Positions 1 to 36,300 of a DNA stretch of 64,000 bases are shown here, in pieces. A model generated the notes under the pieces. It was not told where the DNA came from and made no database searches. It was given only the letters and a program-made list of their open reading frames with translations. The stretch lies in the NCBI GenBank assembly GCA_964199315.1, contig OZ116706.1:7316001-7380000 (forward strand), in the 5' to 3' direction. Position numbers and translations under genes: made by a program. The stretch's first letter is position 1. Each line of letters opens with the position of its first letter. The stretch comes from Orbicella franksi. Taxonomy: Eukaryota.

Positions 1-140
1 GCGAGTAGTAACCACTCTTCAGGCACGATTGTTGGGAGGTTTCCTACAGGATGAAGATAATTGTCTCGAGCTGGTACAAATAAGCTAATAGAAAAGCGTT
101 TTCAAATAATATTGTTACAACAGAAACGTTTTTTTCTTAG

Positions 141-23011
<22,871 letters not shown>

Positions 23012-24752
23012 CATCAATACAAGTCCTTCCTTTACAGAGAATTTTGTTACAGATGTCACTGAGAGATATCGAATTCTTATGGTTCAAGACTGAAGACTAA
23101 AAGTTTCAATTGTAAGCTGCAATGGACAGTCTCGATTGTGTAAAATGGTTACAATTCTACAATTAAATCAAGTTTTGATTTGACAGCAACATACCCTTTA
23201 TTGTTTTAAAACCGACGTTTCTTAGCGTGGGCCTACAGGCACGTTTGATATGGCGACTTTTCTACAATTAAAAACATCCCTGTTAGTCTACACAGGGGGT
23301 TGAAATCGCCGCGGCAACGACTCACAAATCGCAGGTGTAAACGCGCCGTCGGGAACTGGATTTTTGGGGTCACTCCGACAACAAGAAGCAATCGCAATGC
23401 AGAACGTGGAGCATTCCAATTTCAGCCAATCAATGTGGAGTACAATTCAGTACCAGTGGCTTTTTCCCGCCTTGCTTCCGGTTTCTGCCCGGTTGTGTGT
23501 TGCCTTCTAAATTCTCCAACGACAATCCATGAGAACTAGTTGTATAAACTCTTTATTTTAAAGGACAACCACACAGACAGTTGATAAGGACCGTGTTTGT
23601 ATTTATTAATTCAATGGACTTTTGCATTACGATAAAACAACTAGTAATGGTTACATTTTCTAGCCGAGAGATTGTACAAAATCAATAGAACTGATTCCAT
23701 TCCGATAGGGTTGTTCTCCACCAATTTTTGGGTGATCTCAAATTGCTAGTGAAAATTAACTTTTGTTGTACGGGTTTGGTAAAATCACTTAGTATCAACA
23801 AAAAAATTCTTCTTACATTACTATTTGGGAGATTACAATAAGGTGGTCAATTCTTTCAGTGTCCCGACCTATAAGCTAGATTACGTGTTGATCTTATAAT
23901 GACAAATAAGAGGCTGATTACGATTGGGGCTTAAATTTAGGTGGGTGTAATTTTTCGGGACATTTTTTACGACGGTAGTAAATTGTAGATGTACTCAAAT
24001 TACAAAGTGCAAGATAATTTTCCTTAGGATAACAAATTGGTGTTGAAAATTGGTAGGATTAATTTAAGTTTGTGGAATTGAAACGGCTGTAGTGTTTATT
24101 GATCAAGTTCAGGAATATAATATTTGAATGTTATTGTAATAAAGTTGCCTGCTGGGTAAAACACAGCTGGCACCAAGAGCACCTCTTTAAATAGCTAGTA
24201 TATAAACAGTCGGCAAGCTATGAAATGTTATAAATTAAGATAGCACTGTAAAACGAAGTAAAGATAAAAGGAAAGTTTGATTGTGGTGTTCATTGTTATA
24301 ATAACTGTAAACGATCAAGATTCACCCTTGGCACCCCGCTGAAGGAAAAGATAAAAAAAGGACCTGGTAACTAGGAGGTCAAGAAAAAAAAATAGTACCC
24401 AGGATCTTTCTTCCTTTCTGTCCCTCTCTTGCTCAAGACCCTGGGAACGAGTCTAGGTAGCGGGGAAAAAAGCTCCCGTTATAAAAAGACCCTGAACGCT
24501 GTAAACAACAGATTTTTTTATGTTGAAATCGCTCCGTGTTCTGATTTCTTTTAGCGAACGAGTTAGTACAAAGTCATACTTCTTTTGGATACTACATTCA
24601 GTGGAGGCTCACTCTTATGAGAGAGGGAAAAATTAACATGAACTCTACCTCTATTATACAGCAACTGATATTCCCCATTTTTTGCCCCAGTTAACGAGGT
24701 TAGACTGTATTACTAGAATTAAGTTAATAATTTGTTAATATTCTACGTGTCT

Positions 24753-27700
24753 TTATTTCTTCTTTCCCTTCATTGATTCCTTGGCGACTTGGGCGGTGGC
24801 TTGCTGAGCTTGAGCCTGTGCGGCCAGGGCAGCGGCTCTTTTCTTGTTAAATAAGTTGATTTCTTCGTCCTTAAGACAGAACACAAAATAGCAAGTCAGA
24901 GGCTTGTTGGAATTTTTTTTACCCAAGTGTCACCCTTCAGAATCATTACAAGAATCGCGTTTAAGAATCTTTCATAACTATCCAGTCGAATGCACTTCCG
25001 GGTAACAGTCAAGTCAATTGTTTTACTAAGTTTTGTATTGATTCAGTCATAACCCCTGAAGTCCTTCTCAAAGTAGAACGATACTCGATTGGTTTCGAAC
25101 TCGAGGGAACCTCAAAAGTTCTGTTATTTCATATCCTCGTCTATTATTATTAACCTAAAAATAAATGCCACCCTATACCAGCATGACTGAAGTGTCGTTA
25201 AGTAAGTCTCGCTTTTTTCAATGTGGTCCACCTCACAGCCCAATACCATCTCCGCCATCATAAGCCATCCTCTTAATGGTTCCTATCATTTATCAAATGC
25301 AATAAGCCATTTCCGAGGTACTTTGTGCCTCAGTTTCAAAACGAGCCCTCGCACAAAACCTTTCATGTGAAAATGAGTTTGATTTGCATGAAAATGAACC
25401 TGTGGGCGGAACACAATTTATATATGAACTGTTTCACAGGAAGACTCGTTTTGACATGAAGGGAAGAGGCAACTCTGAAAGGGCCAATTGTAATGGTCTA
25501 CATTAATGTTGAACCTGCTATTGTTAGAGTTCGTAAGATGTTCGTTCCAGAAATCATAATAGAAGTGCTCCAATGATACGAAGCTACGCCTCGCACAACA
25601 GAATGAAACTCATCTGCCTTACCAGCATCCTTCGTTTTTCCTCCAGCTTCTTTTTCTCGTCTACTTGTGTCTTCTTCAAATGTTCAAACTTTGCATGGAG
25701 CTGGTGATAAAATAACGACGCAACGACATTAGCGTTCAAATGCTACAATAGGTTCAGTTCGTGTCCTAGCGGTCATAAAAGTTTGCATAAGAACATGGCC
25801 TAAAATGACCAATACTTATTTGCACAAACTGGCTGAGACTCTGTTATCTTGTTGCGGAAAGGGTATATAATATCGACGTAGCCACTAAAGTTAGAAGACA
25901 CCACGGTTTTGATGGAGAGTGTGTGCGTTTGTGATCGAAGACGATCGCAATGGACAGGGGTTTTATTACCGATTTCGGCAGGAGGGCAACTGGATTTCAC
26001 AGGTGGACAAAACTTTTTGAACTGAGGTTCTCTATCAGAAAAACGTTCCTCCAGATGGTCAAACCTGTTGGGCAAAATCATCCTCACAGCTGGTCAATTT
26101 GCCTGGTGCCTGGCCCTTAATGAAACCCCTGGCAATCTACATTCTTCCAGAGTTTTTGAATCAGTTTTTCTACAGAACAAGTAACGCTTTCGTAGACGCT
26201 CTCGAAAATCTCCATCTCTTACTTCCTGTTCGGCTTGTTTCAATTCCGCTTCCTTCTCCTTGACCTTGTTGACAAAGCTCTGCCTCATCTGCTCCTCTCT
26301 GCCCTGAATGTTCTTCATGTATTCTTGTCGTCTGAGTTCGTACGTCTCCTGTAGACTGTGAGGCTGTTTGTCTCCGCCACCATCACTGAATCCCATGTCC
26401 TCCAGCTTGGTCCTTCTGTATAGCTCGTAGTGCACGGCGTGAGTCTTGTCAATCAAGTCCTGCATGTTAGTACTGAAAATAGAATAAAGAGTATGGTTGA
26501 AGAGGTAGTAAAATGCTGGTTAAATACCTATAGGTTCCCCAGTTAGAGACCTATCAACCTATAGTAGGCAACGAAAAATATCCCAGTTATAAGCCCCTCT
26601 CTGCTTTTTCTTGTTTCAATACAATGTTTTGGGCACCTCACACGTTTGTCTCCTTACTTGACTTACTGTACTTTACATTTAAATGCAGCTGAACGTGTAT
26701 ACGTTATCCTCATCTTACTTTCATCAGCTCAGTCCCTTTCTCCTTACCTCTTGTAATTCCTTCCCCCACCTTGTAACTTTGTAAGCCTAAACGAAAAATT
26801 TCCTGCCAACAGCATACTTGAATAGTAAAAGTCGACACTCAACACTCGTTTGAAAAGGTCTCATCTCGTTTCCTGAAATTCGACTTTAGTTGTCTTCAGC
26901 CTCGATTCTCGAAATTTGAGAGAATTGAGGAAACGGAAAAGGCAAAATGAATTTCCCACTTACCGCACTAACATTTCCCTCAGCTTCACAAAGTCACAGT
27001 GATTTTCATTTTCAACTAAAAAGTACAGAAAAGAAATCTAATTTGAACTTTCTTCAAAAAAAGAACGATTTTCACAACGACCCTCTTGGAAATGTCTAAC
27101 ACTGAACTTAAACAAAAAGGCCACTGAGAATACTTTTCGGTTAACAATTATCAATCACTTTCAGTAAAAGAAATCTTATTGTTATGCGCTATTTATGAAT
27201 AGAGGTCATTTCCAACAAAAGAGTTTGCTTTGGAAAACCAAAATGGCCATTGTAACTCCCCACAAAGCGCTCTACAAGTAGACAGCAGTGCTAATTATTG
27301 AATAACGTTTCCTTTTACCTTCTACAGTTCCCCAGGGATATTGTCGAGCTCTTGTCTTCACTTTGTTAACGATCGCTTCTTCACGACTGCCAACCACCGC
27401 AAATGGAATTTGTTCCTACAGTTGAACATAATGACATCAGTGCTTGCTGGTTAAAATACTGTACAGAACCTAAAAATGAATATCCCTAAAATTTTCTAAG
27501 CACTATTCCTTACATTCATGCTAGCATTCATTTCGGCAACAGTTTCATCGTCAACGGGAAATCGGTAAATTTCTACTCCATTACTTGCAAGTTCTTCCAT
27601 GATCTGAAAAAAAAAAAAAAAAAAAATATTGCTTGGAAATTGAATGTCAGCTCACCAAGCTGACCTCCTTATGTCAACTTACATGTAATTTAATAATTCA

Positions 27701-30700
27701 TCAAAGAAAGGAAAGGGAATCAAAACTGTGTCAGTGGCTTGGTATTTGATCGTCTTTAGCACAGACCCTGTACACCCTTCTTTTAACTTTATTGCCTGTA
27801 TTCAGATATGACATGAAACACCATCTCTCATTAAATGTTGATATAATGTACGTGTATTACTTAGCTCTTATCAACCGAGCAGGAGGTCTGTAAGGGAGAA
27901 TCTTGACCGAGGTCGTGAGTAAAGACCGAACGCAGGGAGGTCTCTACACACGACCTCGGTCAAGATTCTCCCATACAGACCAACTTAGTTCAGTTAATAA
28001 GACGTTTATTATATGGCAAAGAAAAAAACTTTAATTCGTTTAATGTAACTGGTTTGCTAACATTTTGCTTGCAAACGGAGATGAGCTTAACTTTAACCTG
28101 CCGAAATTTGCTCGTCCTCTTTCCTTTTTTTTTTTTCTTTGTCACCAGGCTTTTTGGCACTTCCATAAATGATTGAGAAGAAAATAAAAGAAAACAGTGA
28201 ACACTTTTGTATTTTAGTTTGCTACTTTTTCAACACAAAATGAAACCGGTCTAGATGCCGGTCTACATGGGAAAATCTAGACCACCGTCAATATCGATTT
28301 CAGCCAATCAAATTAGTGAATTCGGTAGTTCCCAGTCCTTGTGAGACACAGCCATATAATAAAGATAGGTTACAAGTATTAAAATGCTTGGCCAAGAAAG
28401 ACAGTAATTAGCCACACAAGCTACATGTACTTGCAACAAGTTTTAAGTCCTCTCAAAAGAATTCAATGAAAACACATTCGTCACAATGATGCTCTACCAA
28501 CGAGAGACAAGAAAAATTGTGACCTACAGCTGTAGGTTCAAATGTGACAGAAGTCCTGCATGCTACTAGGATTAATTTCCTAATATCCTCCTCATACTCC
28601 CCCACATGGCAAACATGTAAATCAGTGTTTTTTTTAAATTTTATTTTAATCGCAGTCTTGCAATACAACTGATGTTTCTACTGTATTTAAATAAAGTGTA
28701 TGTACGTATGGTTTCATTTGGTTTCATATGGGAAAGGGGAACTCCCATATGAAAGGGTCGTTGATGTTTGTCGGAAAATTTGAATAAAACTCTTAACTGA
28801 AAGAAGAAGACCAATCTGGTCATGGCTCCAGCTTTATTTGACCCCTAAAAATATCAGTCTAAAACTGACATGACAGTGTTACTTTGACAGCAAACCTAAA
28901 AGAAACATTGGCAGCTAAAACTTGGGCATTTCCTGAACACCCTAAGTAAGAACAAAATCTGTGATTTACACCCCTAGTGAGATGACCTGAAGACAAGTAT
29001 CCCTAATCTTTTCATTCACACGGGATAAAATTACACCATGTTGACAACTGGTTTCTCTCACCTTTTCTTTGAACTGGTTCAGTTCACTTTTTGCTACGGT
29101 GTCAGCTTTGGCAATGATGGGAACAATATTCACCTGCAATAATAAAACAATCAGACAATGTAGATAATGTATGTTACATTTTTTGTGGCAAACAATAGAA
29201 GCTCACCTTTTTGTCCAATTTCTTCATACAAAGAAGATCCAGTGATTTTAACCTAAGGACAAACAAAGTTCATATATGTTTTTATAGTTACATGAAGTAG
29301 TATGGAAATACTACTCAAATTCCATGCCCTTTGATAATTTTGCAAGTTAGCGTCTTTCTTTTTGTATGTATGATTTGTGAAATTAAATAAATTTATAATT
29401 ATAAAAGAAAAATTAATGACTTACGAGTGGCCTGTTGGAGAAATGAAGTAGAGGCAGACATGTACACGAGTGTCGTTATAAGAGTTCAGCGTTCTTCTTA
29501 TCTTGAGTTCTTGCTGAAGATATTTGTCAAACTGTGAATCAATGTACTCCACAATGGGACTAGCACTGAATGAAGAACACAAAAAAACTTGTTACTTGTT
29601 GAGTATGTCAATAGCTTGCTACAGATTCTATTGGCAGTTTAAAATAAAGGTAGTACACCCAATTCTCGTAACAACTACAAATTGATGGAATTGATATGGT
29701 TAAAATAATGCAATCTACCTGTCGTCCTTGTTGATCTGGTCTCCATAACCAACAGTATCCACAATTGTCAACTTTAGTTTCACATTACTCTCATTTAAAT
29801 CTGTAAATAATAAATGACAATTTTATCAATGTTTACCATGTACAGGTACATTTTATTTTATTGTCAATTTTATGGTTACAGTTAATTATATTTTTGCATG
29901 GAAAATGTAACTTTAGTACATGCAGTAGCTTCAAAAACCATTAGTGTTTTACTTTTATTATCCAGTTTCATTGTACTGAGCAAGAACAAATGCTAAGAAC
30001 AGAAAATTTTGCAACTGGCAAACATTTCACTCAACAACAGCGTTACAGACTTATAGTAGCCTGTAAAAAATTTCAAGGAATTTTCAGACATCATTTTCCA
30101 CACTTATCTTGACTTGAAAAAACAAAAAACAACAAAAAAAAACACATGGAAAAATGTCTGATAACACATGTGCAGTAAGTAGTGGAGTCTCTTCAGGAGT
30201 TCTTTGGAAAGTTTTCAGGTTTCTAGGACTGGTGTAACATTTTGAACACGACAGACTGGGTTTTGCCACATTTCCAAACGCTGAGAACAGAGTTACTGTA
30301 AATCCTCTAATTAGCGCCTGGGGCGCTTATTTCAAATTCAAGAGAAGATGAGGGGCACTTATTTGAGGGGGGTGCTTAATTGAGGAGGTGCACTTATTTA
30401 ATTTTTCTCAAATCGTGGCCTGACATGACCATTTTTTTTAATACATCATCTGCGTGTAAACAGCAACATAAGCTGTTTATTGACATAAAAATTGATCTTA
30501 AAGTTTAAATTGTGGCGCTGTTAGTACTTGTAATTTTTTTCCAAACTTAATGTGTTCACAGACTGAAACAATGCACAAATCTAATACTACACGACAAAAA
30601 CTATAAATCCTTTGTTGTCTCATTACTTGTCAACAAAATGGGGGAAGGGGAGGGGGGCGCTTATTTGAGGGGGCGCTTATTTTAAATAGTTGGTTTGACT

Positions 30701-33139
30701 GTTCTTTGAAATAACTGGGTAACATTTTTTGGGTCTGACCACATTATAGTGGCACCTGTTGTACACATTGTCACACATTTAATTTGACGTGAAATTAAAA
30801 ACCACAACCTATCCTAAATAAGTTAATCACAACTGTAAAGAAACCTAATTAATCAGTGCTTGGACCTGACTAAAAATGTTTCGCCAGGATGAATTCTGTG
30901 AGTTTTTTAACATTAAAAGAAAAAATGTCCAAGTCTATATGCTCACCATATGTGTGATGCTCTACTTTAACACCTGGCAGCTGATGAGAATGCGGGAGAC
31001 CTAAAAAGAACAACAGGTTCACAGGTAAGGTACACTGTAGCCAAATTGTAAGGAGACTTGTGATAAACTTAATACACAAGCCATGGAGAGACATCTCTGA
31101 GCCTGAATCAGTAGCTTGGGTTAATTCCAGAACTATAACTACTACCAGGCCTTGTCAGTTTCAGTTTTTTCAGTTTTTTTATTATTGCGTGCTATTTACA
31201 GAAAAACAACTTAATGTAAGATGGTTTACAATGACATAGGAAAAATAAATACAGATAGAAATTAACTAGAAGAAACAATATTTAATTGTGTACAGTGACC
31301 AAAGTAGCCAATGAGCTTTCGAGTTGGTGACTGTCATGCAGATATAAGTTGGCGTTGGCTGCATGCTAAGTTAATTTAAATTAATATTTACATTAAAGAC
31401 AATATTATTATCATAAAAGAAGAAAGACATAAATAAATGCAAGCTAAAATAAAGGAAAACAACGTCCTGAATATTGTACAGCACTATCTTACATACTTAA
31501 CGGTTAAACTATGGTCAGTTTTGAGTGGTCAATAAGAATCTTTTATACCGCTTTTTGAAGAGCATGTATGGAAAATGTTTAAGTTCTAGTGGAACAGATT
31601 CCCAGATTTTTATTGCTGAGAATGGAAATGTAGATACACCATAATTGGTGCGCACTGATGGCTTAAAGAAAACTAATTATCTACCACACGTGATTAGTTT
31701 GTGTGAGTCCTGTAGTCCTTTAAACTCAAGACTATAGGCACAGCCCAGTTAAGATTGTTGGCAATGGAAAGAATCAGTTAATTTGAGTGCTATGCCTCAC
31801 AATCACTTAAAAACTAAATGTGGAGTTCTGAAGAGACTTGCAAATAAGTTACTGAAGGTCTATTTCAAAATAAATTCAAACTCTAAAACAAGAATTTTTT
31901 TTCCACATTTTAAAAAATCAGGTGTACTATTTTTCAACAGGAAAAGTGGCTTGCAATTTCTTTTGTTTCCTACAAAGATATACAACTGTAATTTATTCAG
32001 CTACAGAGCTGATCTATAAGAAAGATCTAATTGTTTGTTATCATTCCATACTACTGAACTTCTGATTCAGCTACAGAATGTCTCAGCATTAAGGTTAATA
32101 TTTTTGGCCCTTGAATAAGTTATGTTTGGTTATCTGGTTTCAAAATCTGTAAACATTAAAAAGCTCACTTTTTAGTAACAGAATGAAAACCAACATTGAA
32201 AATTCACTTCATTCAGTCTGATGATCAACAGGTGTTTCCACTAATTATTCTCAATACCTGGTTGATTCTTTTGAACAACACAACATAATTTTGGATATAT
32301 TCATCACTCTTGCATTTGCATAGAAATAAGCACATTACAGAGACCAACTTTAAAACACTCCTCAAGTCTGTAGTACGTGACATTTCAGGTACTTTACATA
32401 AAACTAACAATTGTACCCACAGATCTGTCACTCATGCAATATTTAGTGGATTTTGGAGAGTGGCCACACCTATTAATTCTACCACACACTAACTATTAAT
32501 ATTAACAATAGCAAAGCGCGTTTGCATCACTTCCCCTCACAAACTCCAAAGCTTGTGCGGAATTTGAATGGAACTCTTGAACACCCACATATGAACATGT
32601 ACATGTTACATATTACAGATATAGCCCTCACACACCTTCAAACGTCGTTTTGAAAAGACAATCCATCAGCGTTGATTTTCCGATTCCCGTTTCCCCTAAA
32701 AAAAAAATGAAAATAGATCCATTCATTTAATTACGTTCTAGATTTTCGCTTTAACATCAATTCAACTTCACGAACATCATGTTTGTATTTTGATTTTGAC
32801 GTATGATAATAAGTTTGTATACTGCCGTTGAATCATCGACGCTCTGTCCCAAAGCAAAATGAAAGACTGAAAACTAATTTCACCCTTAACAAGACGTATC
32901 TCTGACTCACCTATGCATAGAATATTGAAGGCAAATCCTCTATTCACTGATTTATTGACGAGCTGGTCTGGTAAACTGTCAAAGCCGACATGGCCTGCTA
33001 AACGAAGCTGCCGCCCATCCGCTCCCTGAAACAGAAACATTTAAGGAGAATCGCAAAGAATTCTTTTTCAGAACAACACTTACCTACAAAAACGAATACT
33101 TACGAGCGTTCTGCAGTAATCTGTAACCGCCGAAGCCAT
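24753..33139 (-). CDS. SEPT11: Septin, SEPT6/8/10/11 group (septin-11-like), complete, 429 aa
   Basis: Minus-strand exons: 33139-33104, 33025-32911, 32695-32636, 31000-30947, 29800-29719, 29565-29425, 29252-29207, 29133-29062, 27603-27514, 27415-27319, 27015-26964, 26472-26223, 25700-25623, 24869-24753 (1290 nt including TAA; all GT-AG and phase-consistent). Motifs [17 protein letters not shown]-loop [53 protein letters not shown] and a C-terminal coiled coil. The exact paralogue name is arbitrary for an invertebrate. Confidence 0.95.
25298..25490. mobile_element. MITE (AATAAGCCATTTCCGAG...CTCTGAAAGGGCCAATT termini)
   Basis: Degenerate inverted termini with a non-coding body. Confidence 0.5.
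27860..28380. mobile_element. Interspersed repeat containing a 33-bp-arm hairpin (27885-27981)
   Basis: GGTCTGTAAGGGAGAATCTTGACCGAGGTCGTG pairs with CACGACCTCGGTCAAGATTCTCCCATACAGACC (1 mismatch). Outer boundaries are approximate. Confidence 0.55.
30294..30690. mobile_element. Non-autonomous DNA transposon remnant (TACTGTAAATCC start; repeated GGGGCGCTTATTT motifs)
   Basis: Subterminal repeats GGGGCGCTTATTT / GGGGCACTTATTT at both ends. Confidence 0.45.
31500..32480 (-). mobile_element. Decayed 3' end of a CR1/L2-type non-LTR retrotransposon
   Basis: Minus-strand translation near 31550-31680 gives [31 protein letters not shown]...FKKRYK, typical of CR1/L2 ORF2 C-termini. The region further upstream is broken by stops and frameshifts. 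Confidence 0.6.
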
Positions 33140-33375
33140 TTCTATCGTATGAAAAATCTAAAGAAAGCTTACTGCAGCTGTTGATGTATATTTTGTGAAA
33201 TGAAGTGCCGAAGAATGAAAGATCGCGCTTTGGTCAGCGGTTTCTACTAGAGCTCAGTCTTTCACCTGCCAGTACCTCGAAGGTTTGGGGTAAATTGGTG
33301 ATTATTTCCATGCAAGATATTCATACTCTGCTCTCTCAAAGCTTCCTGTTGTCAGTGCAATCCTTTCCTTGAGCT
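33140..33375. promoter_or_regulatory. Probable bidirectional promoter/5' UTR region shared by the septin (-) and MICU (+) genes
   Basis: Only 236 bp separate two divergent start codons. Transcription start sites cannot be seen from sequence alone. Confidence 0.6.
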
Positions 33376-36300
33376 ATGTTCTCGTCCTTAGCGGGAAAAA
33401 CGTCCTTATTTCGCGTCACGCTCGTTGGAATTGGCGGAGTGAGTTGTTGCTTGTTGTGGAAAATTCAAACCAGAAATTCATCTGTCAATGTAGTTCTGGC
33501 CAAATCTACTGCCCATCATTCACATGTTCATTCGCAAACAAGGCGGAAAAGCATGTTCGAACAATTTGCTTCCATTGAATTCGATGGACAGTACTTCATG
33601 ACTCCAGCTGACTTCCTGGAATCTCTCACGTACAGAGACTTACCAGGTAATGATTGACACGTGATGGACACACACCCAGTAACCTGTCGGTCAAATGCAA
33701 ACTTAACTGTACCAAAACATCTAGCTTCCTACACAGAAAAATGTTTTGGCGTGTCAAAAACTCTCTGTTTCTGAGCAGACAGGGTAAAATAATTAGATGA
33801 CAAGCCAGGCTATCACAGAGCTACATATTATGCTACATGTATGTGTAACATTTATCTAAAACTTTACTATTGTGTACTTTAATAACATAACATGAACTCC
33901 AAACATTGACAGTTGATCTAGCTGTCGTGTCTGTGTACCATGTAACAACCAGTTGCTAAGAAAAGCACATATTTGATTCCTCAAAAAAATAGTAAGCATT
34001 AGGCAATCAAGTAGAGAGTATTATTATCCAACTGCAGCAAATACTGTCCAAATAACAGTACAAATATACAGTGATATTGTACAGTTATTTGTACAGTAGA
34101 AAACCTCTTAGTGGTACAGGTCGGCACGCACACGCAAAACTGTCACACTCTCCCTCTTTTGTTGATAAATTTATTGACCACAGCAGTTGGATAATAAATC
34201 TCTTATTAGATGTTTTGGTGTGTAGTATCACTTTATATTTTTACTCACTGTATGTATTTTGACTCATCAAAATATCATGCAACTCGTAAATATATTCAGC
34301 AATACTACATGTACATACCAAAACATTTAATAAGATATCTAAATTCAAGACTCCCAGAGATGCCCGGACCCTTGCTTGAAAATCCAAGACTGAACAATTT
34401 TGGACTGCAAGACCAGTAGTACAGATTCAAAGATAAGACTTCCTGGCTCATCACAAAGGATTCTGGAGTTTTGAGATCAAATCAAGAGTTTCCCAGGCTC
34501 ATGGATTTCTACATACCATTTTGCCACCCCTCAGGGTTTGAACACTACGACCTCAGTATAAACGAGTTTTAGAAGAGAAGTCCAAAGGTTATTGGCACTG
34601 GTAACAACACCTACAGTGTAAATGTAAACCTGCACAATCCTCACTTTTAATAAAATTTGTGTCATTACGAATCTGTTCATGTTTTATGTAAATTTCAGGT
34701 GTAAATATATTATTATTGGTTTCTTGATTTTGTATAGGGTGGAGTCGGAAAAGACCCTTATCAGAAGCAGTGAGTACATAAATCATGTGTATTATTTATA
34801 TCTATGGACCAGGTAATGTTTATTTTGTTTAATGGTGTCATAGGATTGTGCACTGTATCATGCTATTTGAATTGTATAGTATTTTTTTTGTAAAATATCT
34901 TTATCATTGTCTCTGAAAAGCCCCCATAGGGAGTTGACAATAACATTTGTATCATATCATATCGTATCGTATCGTATCGTATCATATCGTATCGTATCAT
35001 ATTACTTAGATGTACATGGGGTTTAGAATGTCTTGGCATCATAATGGTAAATGCTTGCATCTCATTCCACAGTAACACTTGGCATGCGCACTTATCTGCT
35101 TAACTAATGCAATAATCTTATATGTACATGTTTCTGTTACTTTCCCTGACAGGTTATTTCACAGATGGTGAAAAGTACACCTTCAATTTCAAAAGGATCC
35201 AGGAAATTTTTTCGGACATTGCAGGATAATGGTATTTAATTTTTTAACATCTGTTTGTGTGGCTTTTTTTTTTTAGTTTAGAAAACAGATGTTGTATTGG
35301 TAGAATGCAAAAATAGCTTGTGCCACTCATTGGTTTTAATCAATGTTCAAACAGTGTCCTCACAACATAAGAACTTTAATTATTTAATATACACCCATAC
35401 ATTATGAAACTTTAGATTCTATTTATAGTAGGGATATTATCTTCTTTTGTCCCTAGGAATCATCACTTTCTCTGAATATTTATTTCTTTTGACCATACTT
35501 ACAAGTAAGTAATATGTAGTGACACCAATAGTGTTTATTGTATGTGTTAAGTGTAGGGTTGGGTGGTATACCAATATCAGTGGAGAATTTAATCAGACAT
35601 GTCAGGTGATTTCAAAATCACAGCATAACCAAATTTATTCCGTTGAACAAAACATGCAGGAAAGCAAGTTTTATAATTCAAGCTTGATCAGTGCTGCACA
35701 CTAGTTAAGGTTTTAAAAAAATATTCTGCTTGTATTATGTGGTTACCAACACATACGGAAGTCTGTTAGTATTTTACTGTTATTAAGAATATAAAGAAGT
35801 ATGGCGTATTTGTTTTCCTCCTGCTACAGCTGCAGTAAATTAAAATAGGGTGCAAGAAGACCAACAGTAATTTTAGCAACAACAGCATATCATTTTCTTT
35901 GAAGAACTTCTTGTCATTTGATTTTGCACAGAGTCAAAAAGAGGCCTGGAAATTGCTTTTAAGATGTTAGACAAGGATGGGAATGGTCGGCTTACTAAGG
36001 ATGAGTTTTTTGTGGTAAGTCAGTAATCATCTATAATATTATTTACATGTGGCTAAATGTAATTTAGGCAAAGTTCAAGTCGAGCAAATGCTGGCCAGCT
36101 GTCTCTGAGGGAGACCACGCTCGTTGGGGTCTCATACGGGGCTTTGCAGGGCATACATGTTTTGCTTACCAGCTGTGTGAGAACATGCAGTTTGCCTTGA
36201 TGGCCATTCATGCATGTAGCGTGCTTTTGCTCCCTCACCTGGACCCCTCCCTTTCGCTGGTGACGGTAAGTATATGGGGTGGTAAGTATCTCCACTGACT

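Noticed and set aside
1-73. Possible extra NBEA exon (RVVTTLQARLLGGFLQDEDNCLEL|GTACAA)
   Set aside because: The open frame ends in phase 0, but the exon at 141 needs phase 1. No consistent join was found and the upstream context is outside the window.
23195-23245. Minus-strand GAAACGTC...AATAAA resembling a Penelope pseudo-LTR minimal hammerhead end
   Set aside because: The CUGANGA box is absent (CTGTAGG) and stem I does not pair. It is at most a decayed relic.
33084-33311. Longer septin exon 1 from the upstream minus-strand ATG at 33311 using the second donor
   Set aside because: That frame hits TGA after 25 codons.
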